This document shows positions 1 to 7,959 of a DNA stretch of 24,320 bases, in pieces (position 1 is the stretch's first letter; each line of letters begins with the position of its first letter). Below the pieces are notes generated by a model. It was not told the DNA's origin. It searched no databases and saw only the letters and a program-made list of their open reading frames with translations. This stretch comes from Candidatus Methylomirabilis limnetica (lineage in GTDB: Bacteria; Methylomirabilota; Methylomirabilia; Methylomirabilales; Methylomirabilaceae), in the NCBI RefSeq assembly GCF_003044035.1, contig NZ_NVQC01000027.1, positions 1 to 24,320 on the forward strand, read 5' to 3'. The position numbers were made by a program, and so were the translations under genes.

Positions 1-124
1 GGGTTATCCAACGCCGTGCGTATGGGCTGCGGGATGAAGAATATCTGAGGCTGAAAATACTCACGTCCATGCTCCCGGCACTCTGAAAAACATGAAATTC
101 ACCCACTCGATTACGCGAAGAGCC
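1..124 (+). mobile_element. Right-hand end of an ISL3-family insertion sequence (partial; the body lies upstream of the window)
   Basis: Reading frame 3..86 ends a transposase-like ORF (see next feature). The reverse complement of 94..124 reads GGCTCTTCGCGTAATCGAGTGGGTGAATTTC. It begins with GGCTCTTC, which I recall as typical of ISL3-family terminal inverted repeats (e.g. IS31831). The IS end is therefore placed at 124. Confidence 0.55.
3..86 (+). CDS. ISL3-family (IS204/IS1001/IS1096/IS1165) transposase, last 27 codons only; the 5' part lies outside the window
   Basis: The translation VIQRRAYGLRDEEYLRLKILTSMLPAL* resembles the conserved C-terminal ..KRxAYGFR..E.F.LRIL.. motif of DDE_Tnp_ISL3 transposases. 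Stop TGA at 84..86. Confidence 0.5.
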   Translation, partial: VIQRRAYGLRDEEYLRLKILTSMLPAL

Positions 125-243
125 TTTATATTGACCTTCTACCTCTTTTTGACGCACAATTCGCGCGCATCGGACACCGCAATGTGTGTAGTTTCAGGGG
201 GCGTTTTGGGGGCAATGGTTTTCGAAGACCATAGCGCGATTCG

Positions 244-2490
244 GTGACTGAGCATACCTTGCCGCCGCAGCCTGAAAGGCTGGATCTGGGACAGCGCCCA
301 CTGACTGCGGGGGGTGTGGCATCGGTACGGTATTACCAGGCCGTCATGGTACTCACCATCGCGGTCTATCTGTACTACCTCGCCTACCGGCTCTTGTACA
401 CGATCAATTGGGATGCGCCGACATTCTCCCTTCTCTTTTATTACGCAGAATTCCACGGATGCCTTTCCCTGTTTCTCTACTTCTTCCAGATGTGGCATCC
501 ACTCCAGCGAACACCGCCTCCTGTTCCGCCCGGCTTGCGGGTAGACGTCTATATCCCCACCTACAAGGAAGACGTCAGCCTCGTCAGGAAAACGGTATTA
601 GGCTGTATCCACATGGCCTATCCCCATAAGACCTACATTCTGGACGACGGGAATAGGCCTGAATTTGCCGCGCTCGCAGCGGAACTGGGGTGCGCATATG
701 TGACGCGGAGAGAGCGGGCCCATGCGAAAGCCGGAAACATGAACCATGCCATGTCGATCTCCGATGGTGACTTTATCGTGGTCTTTGACGCGGACTATGT
801 CCCTCAACCCGATTTCCTCGACAAGACGCTCGGGTACTTCACGGACGAGAAGGTAGCCTTCGTCCAGACACCACAAAATTACTATAACGTCGAATCGTTC
901 TCATTTCGATTCAAATTTGAGAAGAGAGAAAAGTGGAACGAAGGGGATATGTTCTATCGCCTCATGATGCCGGCAAGGGACTACTGGAACGCCGCCTTCT
1001 TCGCCGGAACATCGGCGGTAATACGAAAGAGAGCGCTCGATGAGATCGGCGGGTTTGCGACAGAAACGATCACGGAAGACCTCCACACCAGCGTTCGACT
1101 GTGCAAGGCGGGGTGGCAAGGCGTGTACCACAATGAACTGTTATCCAGTGGGCTCGCTGCTACCGATCTCAAGAACTATCACATACAGAAACTCCGCTGG
1201 GCCGAGGGAAATATCAGTCTCCTCTTTGCCGATAACCCGCTGTGGACCAAAGGCTTGACCCTGCCGCAGCGGATCTGTTTCTTTGCCACGGTATTTGGCT
1301 GGTTCATCGGACTGCCAAAACTTATCTACTTCAGCACGCCGGCAATCATGCTGCTGACCGGGTGGTACCCCATCTTTCCCTTTAACTGGTCGTTCATGTG
1401 GCGGTACGCGATATTCCTGGCAGTGGTCATTATGAGTATCAAGATTGTCGGTCGGGGGCAGGGTCGGATCCGTGAGGATGAGATCTACAACATGATGAAC
1501 TTCTTTGTACTGTCCAAAGCCGTGGTCAGGGCTCTGTTGCGGTGGAAGTCTCAGTTCATCGTGACAGCGAAAGGGGCCGGCGAGGCGGTCAGCCTGTCGG
1601 CGCTCCTCCCCCAGTTGACGATCATCCTCTTGGGCGTCACTGCCATCGAGTGGGGGGCACTGAAATGGGCCTATGGCGTCTCGCATAACGGGCTGGGATT
1701 GGGCATCGGCATGTTCTGGAGCGGCGTCAACGGATACCTGGCCTGTGTGGTCGTAGCGACTGTGACCTCTCCCTTGCACCGCCGAAAGGAGTCTCGGTTC
1801 CTTGGCGGTCTACCTGTCTGGTACGAGGCCGGCGAGGGTGAGCGCGTGGCGAGCGGCCTGGGCATAGCCACGGATCTGAACGAGGATGGTATAGCGCTGG
1901 CGACATTCTCCGCCCTTCCTGTCGGGGAACTGGTGAAATTGAGGTTATATCTGGGCTCCAGGGTCATGACGTGCAACGGAGTCGTCCTGTATATCAACCG
2001 GAGCACGGCAATGGAGGGGGTCTTTCGATATGGCGTGAAATTCGCCGACCTGAGCAGGGAGGACAAGGATGCGATAACGGAATTCTGTTTCAGTCGGATG
2101 CTGCCAGCCTTCATGAACCGATTCGACGTCAGGCCGTCGCCGCTGACCAGGTTTGTGCTAGCCTATTATGACCGGCGGCAAATCAAGCGGAGGGCGAAAC
2201 GTATGGAGATCAGTCTGCCGATGATCCTGCGCGGCGACCCGCCACGCTACACGGTGACGGAGGATATCAGCATAGGCGGCCTGGCGTTCATGGTCACTTC
2301 TCCGATGGTGGCTGGTGCGCATGCCCCGATCACGCTGGTCACGCCGTTCGGAAGGCTGGATGCCGAGATCGAGATTCGCAATTGTCGGGAGGTGGCGACC
2401 GGACGGTCATACCGGGTCGGCGCCACGTTCGTAGAGCCGCTGGGACCATCCCTCAAGATCCTGGCGCAACTCTGCGAGACAGGCCACTGA
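244..2490 (+). CDS. bcsA: Cellulose-synthase-like processive family-2 glycosyltransferase with two C-terminal PilZ (c-di-GMP receptor) domains
   Basis: 748-codon ORF. BcsA-type motifs appear in the canonical order: YIPTYKED, ILDDGNRPEF, KAGNMNHAM, VFDADYVP (DxD), VQTPQNYYN, FFAGTSAVIRKRAL, TITEDLHTSVRL (TED) and QKLRWAEG (QxxRW). Hydrophobic helices lie before and after the GT domain. There are two PilZ signatures: RRKESR...DLNEDG and RRAKR...DISIGG. The GTG start at 244 is taken from the ORF track and is not verified. Confidence 0.85.
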   Translation: MTEHTLPPQPERLDLGQRPLTAGGVASVRYYQAVMVLTIAVYLYYLAYRLLYTINWDAPTFSLLFYYAEFHGCLSLFLYFFQMWHPLQRTPPPVPPGLRVDVYIPTYKEDVSLVRKTVLGCIHMAYPHKTYILDDGNRPEFAALAAELGCAYVTRRERAHAKAGNMNHAMSISDGDFIVVFDADYVPQPDFLDKTLGYFTDEKVAFVQTPQNYYNVESFSFRFKFEKREKWNEGDMFYRLMMPARDYWNAAFFAGTSAVIRKRALDEIGGFATETITEDLHTSVRLCKAGWQGVYHNELLSSGLAATDLKNYHIQKLRWAEGNISLLFADNPLWTKGLTLPQRICFFATVFGWFIGLPKLIYFSTPAIMLLTGWYPIFPFNWSFMWRYAIFLAVVIMSIKIVGRGQGRIREDEIYNMMNFFVLSKAVVRALLRWKSQFIVTAKGAGEAVSLSALLPQLTIILLGVTAIEWGALKWAYGVSHNGLGLGIGMFWSGVNGYLACVVVATVTSPLHRRKESRFLGGLPVWYEAGEGERVASGLGIATDLNEDGIALATFSALPVGELVKLRLYLGSRVMTCNGVVLYINRSTAMEGVFRYGVKFADLSREDKDAITEFCFSRMLPAFMNRFDVRPSPLTRFVLAYYDRRQIKRRAKRMEISLPMILRGDPPRYTVTEDISIGGLAFMVTSPMVAGAHAPITLVTPFGRLDAEIEIRNCREVATGRSYRVGATFVEPLGPSLKILAQLCETGH

Positions 2491-2912
2491 TGCCGAAACA
2501 CATGAACGGTATCCAACTGATCCGAAACGGATGGTTCGTCGGCGTAGCCGGCCTGTTGTATGGCGTAGCGGTCTGGGGTAGTTTTCAATGGATCTACACG
2601 GCCGAGATCGTGCTGGAACGGCTGGAGCAGGCGGTGGAAGCGCCGGATCCGGCGGCGGCAATGCGCGTGTATGAGCAGATCGCGCGCTCGCGAGTAAGGC
2701 GGGATGATCTCGATTCCTTTGTGAAGCTCGGACAGGTCCTTGAACGGGCTGAGCGGAGGGACGCGGCGATCGAGATCTGGCGGCGCGTTGTTGCCGTGGT
2801 CCCTGAGGACGAAGGGCTGAGGATGCGACTCGCGCTAACGCTGCACAATGCAGGCCGATATGCGGAAGCAGAGCCGCACTTCGCCGCACTGCTGAGGGAG
2901 GGACCGGAATAG
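2490..2912 (+). CDS. Small membrane-anchored TPR-like repeat protein (140 aa)
   Basis: The ATG at 2490 overlaps the bcsA stop (TGATG), suggesting translational coupling. An N-terminal TM helix (WFVGVAGLLYGVAVWGSF) is followed by helical TPR-like repeats. The C-terminus LRMRLALTLHNAGRYAEAEPHFAALL is paralogous to the end of the next ORF. The longer track ORF starting at 2382 would overlap bcsA by 108 nt, so I prefer 2490. Confidence 0.7.
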   Translation: MPKHMNGIQLIRNGWFVGVAGLLYGVAVWGSFQWIYTAEIVLERLEQAVEAPDPAAAMRVYEQIARSRVRRDDLDSFVKLGQVLERAERRDAAIEIWRRVVAVVPEDEGLRMRLALTLHNAGRYAEAEPHFAALLREGPE

Positions 2913-2914
2913 GG

Positions 2915-3418
2915 ATGACCAGACACATGACGCGGTGGACAGCGATCCTGCTGGCGGTAGCGCTGATAGGTGTAGCCTTCACCGCGCTGGCTCAGGAGCG
3001 GGAGTCACGAATTGACGAGAACTTCCTCCTACTGATGGGGGCAAGGAACGCGGCGAAGTCGGGCAAGCACGACACGTCGGTGCGACGCTACCGGAGGCTA
3101 CTGGAAAGGGACCCGCGGCTCAACGACGCACGAAACGAGCTCGGATGGGTGCTGATCGCAGCCGGCAGGGTTGCAGAAGCGCAAGAGGAGTTTCGGGTAG
3201 CCCTGCATGCAAACCCCAAGGACGCGGAGGCCTGGAAGGGGATTCTGGAGGCGCTGCGGAAGACCGATCAGAAGGACGAGTTTCTGAAGGTGCTGGATCA
3301 ACTGGTTGAGCTTGAGCCTGCACGAAAGGACCTGAGGATGCAGCTTGCGCTCGAGCTCCACAACCGTGGCCGGTTTACGGAGGCCGAAAAGCACATTGTT
3401 GTGCTGCTGGGAGAGTAA
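2915..3418 (+). CDS. Secreted TPR-repeat protein (167 aa), paralog of both flanking genes
   Basis: Signal peptide (WTAILLAVALIGVAFTALAQE). The N-terminal half (LLLMGARNAAKSGKHDTSVRRYRRLL...NELGWVLIAAGRVAEAQEEF) parallels the N-terminus of the porin ORF (LLLGARNAWRLGAYEQAITRYRSAI...TELGWLLLEAERRFEALAQF). The C-terminus LRMQLALELHNRGRFTEAEKHIVVLL parallels the preceding ORF. Confidence 0.75.
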   Translation: MTRHMTRWTAILLAVALIGVAFTALAQERESRIDENFLLLMGARNAAKSGKHDTSVRRYRRLLERDPRLNDARNELGWVLIAAGRVAEAQEEFRVALHANPKDAEAWKGILEALRKTDQKDEFLKVLDQLVELEPARKDLRMQLALELHNRGRFTEAEKHIVVLLGE

Positions 3419-3432
3419 GAAAGGGGTGCCGG

Positions 3433-4953
3433 ATGCGCCACCGACTCACCGTTCGGGTCCTGATTTTGGGCGTATTCATTGCTTGGGCCGCGACCATCGC
3501 GGGGGCCCAAGAGCCCAGCGAGCGAGAGGTGTTGCTGCTTGGAGCGAGGAACGCCTGGAGGCTCGGAGCGTATGAACAGGCGATCACCAGATACCGATCG
3601 GCAATCGCGCTCGCCCCAACACAGTGGGATGCCATTACTGAGCTTGGATGGCTGTTGCTTGAGGCGGAACGTCGTTTTGAGGCTCTCGCACAATTCGAGG
3701 CTGCCGCAACGCTCGCGCCTGATGATCTCACGGTATGGCGAAACAAAGCCGGGGCGTACGGCTGGACATTCCAGCATGAGCGCGCCCTGGCCGAATTTGA
3801 TGCGATCCTCAAACGGTTTCCGGATGATGTGGCCACGGTGCTGGAACGCGACGGTAAGGCATCGTTGTGGCTGGGGCGACTGAGACGGGCCAAGACTGCT
3901 TTCGAACTACTGGCCGAGCTGGAGCCACAGAACAGCGAGGCACTGTTCGATCTGGGGCAGATCGCTACGCTGGGTGGGCGGCCATCCGAGGCGCAAGCGG
4001 CGTACCGCCAATTGATGTCCGTCGTGCCGGGACATCGGCAGGCCGAGCTGGCATTGGATCTCAGTGAACTCTCCCAACGGCCGCTTCTCACGCTTGGCTA
4101 CAACTATATAGATCAGAAGGGCTTCGATGACAAGCGGTCAATCAGGTACGGACTGGCCAGCGCAGAGGGACGAGTTCGAATGTCGGACGACGTATCGGCC
4201 CGCGTCAGGTACGAGAATGTACAGTTCCATTTCGGACGCAAACACCTGTTGACCAATGTGGGAACCGTGGGGTTGCGCTACAGTCCGAACGGCTATTTCC
4301 ATATGGATGGATTCGTGAGCGAAATCCACTATAACGAGATCGGACGGGACCGCCTTAATGTCGGCGTTGGCGTGTCGTACGAGATGCCGTCCGGAACGAG
4401 GGTGCGAGTTGACTTCGAGCGGAAGGACCTGTGGGAGAACCAGACAACCGTCCTGAATGGGATTACCGTCAATAGACTCTCGGCAAGCGTGAGCGGAGCG
4501 CTCGAACGGCGCGTCGACTGGGCGATACAAGGCAACTACGCGAACTACTCCGATAACAACACCAGGGTCGGGGGCGAGTTTCTCGCGTCGTATCGTCTAC
4601 TCTGGTTTCCGAAGGCGTTTCGTCTCATCTACCGTGTAAACGCCTACGGGTTCCAGCGAGAGCGATCGTATTTTTCGCCGGGCGCATACGCCACGAACAC
4701 GGTAGCCGTGGAGTTTCAACGCTGGTTGGGCTATCCGACGAAAGAGGACTATCTGGCGGAGGCACCGCGCAACCACTATACCGCCTATTACGGGATCTCC
4801 ATGGATAGTAACGGGAAGTTGTTTCACGAGTGGCAAGGGAAGCTCGCCTATGCGCTGGCGCGCCAACTCGATGTCGGTCTGTCGCTGAAGGCGATTCGGT
4901 CGAGCGTGTATGATGAATGGAACGCGGGGGTACTGATCGACTACAGGTTCTAA
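3433..4953 (+). CDS. Outer-membrane exopolysaccharide export protein: N-terminal TPR domain fused to a C-terminal beta-barrel (BcsC/PelB/PgaA-like or YaiO/DUF560-like)
   Basis: The signal peptide ends ..IAGAQE. About 200 aa of TPR repeats are followed by about 270 aa rich in Y/G/N/R with alternating hydrophobic residues. The terminal residue is aromatic (..VLIDYRF*), the usual OMP barrel signature. AAAGGGG RBS about 6 nt upstream. Confidence 0.75.
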   Translation: MRHRLTVRVLILGVFIAWAATIAGAQEPSEREVLLLGARNAWRLGAYEQAITRYRSAIALAPTQWDAITELGWLLLEAERRFEALAQFEAAATLAPDDLTVWRNKAGAYGWTFQHERALAEFDAILKRFPDDVATVLERDGKASLWLGRLRRAKTAFELLAELEPQNSEALFDLGQIATLGGRPSEAQAAYRQLMSVVPGHRQAELALDLSELSQRPLLTLGYNYIDQKGFDDKRSIRYGLASAEGRVRMSDDVSARVRYENVQFHFGRKHLLTNVGTVGLRYSPNGYFHMDGFVSEIHYNEIGRDRLNVGVGVSYEMPSGTRVRVDFERKDLWENQTTVLNGITVNRLSASVSGALERRVDWAIQGNYANYSDNNTRVGGEFLASYRLLWFPKAFRLIYRVNAYGFQRERSYFSPGAYATNTVAVEFQRWLGYPTKEDYLAEAPRNHYTAYYGISMDSNGKLFHEWQGKLAYALARQLDVGLSLKAIRSSVYDEWNAGVLIDYRF

Positions 4954-4971
4954 CCTTGACGGCGTGACGGT

Positions 4972-6147
4972 ATGACTAGCGGCATTTGGATCATAAGAGT
5001 AGTCGGGGTAATAAGCTTACTCGTGGTCACCTGTACGGCGTCGGCCTACGGTCCCAGGGTTGAGATCGATCCGGCGGTCGATCTGATCGCCAGGGCCTGG
5101 AGCGGGTACGGCAAGCGGTTCATTCAACAGGACGGGCGTGTCCAGCGTCCTCGGAACGGTGGGGATACGGTATCCGAGGGGCAGGCGTATGCGTTACTCA
5201 TCGCTTCGCTGCTCGACGACCGAAAGACATTCGACAGGGTATTGGACTGGACGGAACGACACCTCTCGCGGAAGGGTCGCACCGGCGACCATCTGCTTGC
5301 CTGGCATTGGGAGCCAGGCAAGGGCGTCACTGACTGGAACAGCGCGTCCGATGCCGACCTCGATTATGCCCTCGCGCTGATTACGGCCTCCGCCCGCTGG
5401 CGCGACGAGCGCTATGCCCGGAAGGCGCGATTGGTCATGAGCGATCTACTCAACCTGGAAACAGAGGTGATCAATAGGCGGAGGTATCTCATGCCTGGAA
5501 GCTGGAGAAAAGGGCGCGCCTCCTACATCATTAACCCATCCTATTCGTCGCCGGCCCACTTCCGGATATTCTTTGCGTGTACCGGAGACCCGCGTTGGAA
5601 CGACCTGATCGAGGGAAGCTACCACCTTATTGAGACAGTCTCTAAGGGCTTTGCCGGAGTCCCTGGCGTGGGGTTAGTGCCGGACTGGCTGCTCCTCACA
5701 GCGGACGGAGCCCTGATGCGCGCCACGGGATTTTCGGATCGGTTTAGCTGGGATGCCATTCGAACCCCGTGGCGACTCGGAATGGATGCGCTGTGGTTCG
5801 GGGAGGATCGGGCAAGGCAATACCTCGACGGCATGAGCGATTTTTACACGCGAGAGTGGGAGAGGCACGGTGGTCGATTCTTCGCCGAGTACACGTACGA
5901 GGGCACACCGGCCCAGAGGTATGAACGCGTAGCCGCCTATGCCATGAGCCTATCGGCGCTGGCGAGGTCGAACAGCCCTGTCTTGCCTGGCGTTCTCGTT
6001 AAGCTACGTAACGCCTTCAACAAGGAAGCGTCCCTCTTCGAAGGCAGCGACGACTACTATACGAACAGTCTCGTACTGCTTGCGCTGATCTTCTATCGCG
6101 AGGGGACACTGCCGACCCTCGATCCCAGGAATATCAGTTGCCGATGA
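4972..6147 (+). CDS. bcsZ: Glycoside hydrolase family 8 endoglucanase (BcsZ-like)
   Basis: Signal peptide present. SEGQAYALLIA matches the catalytic Glu region. ASDADLDYALALITASARW is a one-mismatch match (Y where I/M is expected) to the GH8 signature A-[ST]-D-[AG]-D-x2-[IM]-A-x-[SA]-[LIVM]-[LIVMG]-x-A-x3-[FW]. Confidence 0.85.
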   Translation: MTSGIWIIRVVGVISLLVVTCTASAYGPRVEIDPAVDLIARAWSGYGKRFIQQDGRVQRPRNGGDTVSEGQAYALLIASLLDDRKTFDRVLDWTERHLSRKGRTGDHLLAWHWEPGKGVTDWNSASDADLDYALALITASARWRDERYARKARLVMSDLLNLETEVINRRRYLMPGSWRKGRASYIINPSYSSPAHFRIFFACTGDPRWNDLIEGSYHLIETVSKGFAGVPGVGLVPDWLLLTADGALMRATGFSDRFSWDAIRTPWRLGMDALWFGEDRARQYLDGMSDFYTREWERHGGRFFAEYTYEGTPAQRYERVAAYAMSLSALARSNSPVLPGVLVKLRNAFNKEASLFEGSDDYYTNSLVLLALIFYREGTLPTLDPRNISCR

Positions 6148-6207
6148 GGCACAATATAGCTGATCCATGGTCAGTAATGCCGGGCCCCTGCGGAGGCTGC
6201 CGGCCGG

Positions 6208-7017
6208 TTATCGCGTGCCCGGTTCCCGGCGGTAATGCTGCGACGCCTCGGGAAGCCATGCCTCGATCTGGTGGATGCGGGTCGCCTCCGCCGGGTGGGT
6301 GGAGAGGAACTCTGGGGGACGGCCCTGACCTCGGGATGCCTCAGCCATACGGATCCAGAGGTCGCGGGCTGCGCTGGGGTTGTACCCTGCCTTCGCCATG
6401 TAGATGAGCCCCAAGTGGTCGGCCTCGGATTCCTGACCGCGACTCCAGGGGAGCACCAGCCCCACGGCCGCGCCGGCGCCCAGCAGGGAACTCACCGTCT
6501 TAACGGTCTGTGGATCCCGGTTCGAGAGCGCTGCCATGGTACCGGCCAGTCCCATCTGCACAAGTAGATTCTGGCTCACGCGTTCGGCGCCGTGTCGCGC
6601 GACGGCATGAGCGACCTCATGCCCAAGGACGGCGGCCAGACCCGCCTCATCCCGCGTGATGGGAAGTATGCCGGTATACACCGCCACCTTACCGCCAGGC
6701 AGAGCAAACGCATTGGCCTGCGGATCCTCAATGACCGTAAACTCCCATTGGAAGTCTGTCCGACCGGTGGCCGCCGCGATGCGAGTCCCAACACGCTTGA
6801 CCAGGTCGTTGGTGACGGGGTCTTTCGAGAGCTTGGACTTCTGAACGACCTCCCGATAGGATTGGATCCCCATCTGCATCTCATCCGCTTCAGAGAGTAA
6901 CAGGAGCTGGGACCGGCCCGTGATGGGAACAGTCTGACATGCGGCAATGCCGATGCAGGCAAGCACGATAAGCCAGGAGGCAAGCGACCATGTCCTCAGA
7001 ACGTAGCGTTCAGCCAT
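6208..7017 (-). CDS. M48-family zinc metallopeptidase lipoprotein (YcaL/LoiP-like)
   Basis: Lipoprotein signal with lipobox (..LACIGIAAC). GHEVAHAVARH provides the HExxH motif, and ESEADHLG the downstream ligand region. LPGGKVAVYTGIL is typical of this M48 subgroup. Confidence 0.85.
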   Translation of the reverse strand: MAERYVLRTWSLASWLIVLACIGIAACQTVPITGRSQLLLLSEADEMQMGIQSYREVVQKSKLSKDPVTNDLVKRVGTRIAAATGRTDFQWEFTVIEDPQANAFALPGGKVAVYTGILPITRDEAGLAAVLGHEVAHAVARHGAERVSQNLLVQMGLAGTMAALSNRDPQTVKTVSSLLGAGAAVGLVLPWSRGQESEADHLGLIYMAKAGYNPSAARDLWIRMAEASRGQGRPPEFLSTHPAEATRIHQIEAWLPEASQHYRREPGTR

Positions 7018-7028
7018 CAGCGCTCAGC

Positions 7029-7063
7029 CGTAGGTCGGGTTAGCGTAGCGTAACCCGACAACT
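7029..7063. repeat. REP-like hairpin, family 2, copy 1 (CGTAGGTCGGGTTAGCG-N-AGCGTAACCCGACAACT)
   Basis: A 9-bp stem GTCGGGTTA/TAACCCGAC (7034-7042 / 7051-7059). It differs at one base from the 35-nt copy at 12039..12073. Both copies lie 3' of a minus-strand stop codon. Confidence 0.7.
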
Positions 7064-7071
7064 CGTCCAAA

Positions 7072-7163
7072 CCCCCCCCACCTTCATCCCCCCCATCCGA
7101 GGGGGGAGGAGCCCATGTGAGGTGTCCCTTCCCCCCCATGAGGGGGAAGGTGAGGGTGGGGGG
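7072..7163. repeat. G/C-tract double-hairpin repeat, family 1, copy 1
   Basis: The sequence is CCCCCCCCACCTTCATCC-[CCCCCC atccga GGGGGG]-AGGAGCCCATGTGAGGTGTCC-[CTTCCCCC ccatga GGGGGAAG]-GTGAGGGTGGGGGG. The outer arms are complementary and two internal C-run/G-run hairpins sit between them. A near-identical layout occurs at 11578..11667. It is followed by the CCGTTTCGTGC flank. Confidence 0.8.
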
Positions 7164-7251
7164 ATGCCGTTTCGTGCACAATAGTGCGGCCGCATGAGGT
7201 TGTTCCCTCAAAGCGTAAACACGCCGAGCTCGCGATCTGCCTACTTATGGG

Positions 7252-7941
7252 TCAACAACCACTTCTCGTGCCGCCAAGGGCGGTCCGAAACTGGGCCATG
7301 GTGGCCGCGTAGTCGGGGGTCCCGAAGATGGCGGAACCTGCCACAAAGGTATCGGCTCCAGCCTCCGCAATGCGGCGGACGTTCTCCACCTTCACGCCGC
7401 CGTCCACCTCCAGATCGATCGCCTTCCCAGTAGCATCAATGCGCCGGCGAATGGCCGTGATCTTCGGCAGCACATAGTCGATGAAACTCTGGCCGCCGAA
7501 CCCGGGGTTCACGCTCATCACCAGCACCAGGTCCAACCGCTCCAGCACGTAGTCCAGCCAGGCGATGGGACTCGCCGGATTAAGGGAGACCCCGGCCCGA
7601 CACCCAAGGCTCTTGATAAGCTGGATAGTCCGATCCAGATGGCGGGTCGCCTCCGGATGAACGGTGATGATGTCGGCCCCGCTTTTGGCGAAGTCTGGAA
7701 TGATGGCGTCCACCGGTTCAATCATCAGGTGGACATCCATCAGCTTTTGGGTGTGGGGCCGGATTGCGGCGACCACGGCCGGCCCAATGGTGAGATTGGG
7801 CACAAAGTGATTATCCATCACGTCGACGTGTATGTAGTCGGCGCCGGCCGCATCCACGGCGCGAACCTCTTCACCCAGCCGGGCAAAGTCGGCGGACAGG
7901 ATCGATGGGGCGAACTTATAAGTGGTCACGGCCCTTACCAA
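7252..7941 (-). CDS. rpe: Ribulose-phosphate 3-epimerase
   Basis: [49 protein letters not shown] and LEVDGG motifs. The track start at 7941 is a TTG. An in-frame GTG at 7929 (giving [15 protein letters not shown]) is equally plausible. Confidence 0.9.
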   Translation of the reverse strand: MVRAVTTYKFAPSILSADFARLGEEVRAVDAAGADYIHVDVMDNHFVPNLTIGPAVVAAIRPHTQKLMDVHLMIEPVDAIIPDFAKSGADIITVHPEATRHLDRTIQLIKSLGCRAGVSLNPASPIAWLDYVLERLDLVLVMSVNPGFGGQSFIDYVLPKITAIRRRIDATGKAIDLEVDGGVKVENVRRIAEAGADTFVAGSAIFGTPDYAATMAQFRTALGGTRSGC

Positions 7942-7959
7942 GCCTTCACTGGAGCCATG

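Noticed and set aside
139-498. 119-aa minus-strand ORF overlapping the start of the synthase gene
   Set aside because: It is antisense to a well-supported GT2 gene. It has no RBS and no recognisable motifs. This is typical shadow-frame behaviour in GC-rich DNA.
1141-2114. Minus-strand ORFs 1141..1779 (212 aa) and 1671..2114 (147 aa)
   Set aside because: Both lie entirely inside the bcsA-like CDS on the opposite strand, and their Arg/Pro/Gly/Ser/Thr-rich composition is typical of antisense frames.
3375-4091. 238-aa minus-strand ORF
   Set aside because: It is antisense to the TPR and porin genes and spans their junction. Its Ser/Ala/Arg-rich, low-complexity translation is a shadow ORF.
7017-7211. 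64-aa minus-strand ORF (..GGDEGGGGLDE..). Also 11469..11657 (+) and 16471..16764 (+), with PPP/GGG-rich translations
   Set aside because: These are translations of the family 1 G/C-tract hairpin repeats. The peptide similarity simply reflects the DNA repeat.
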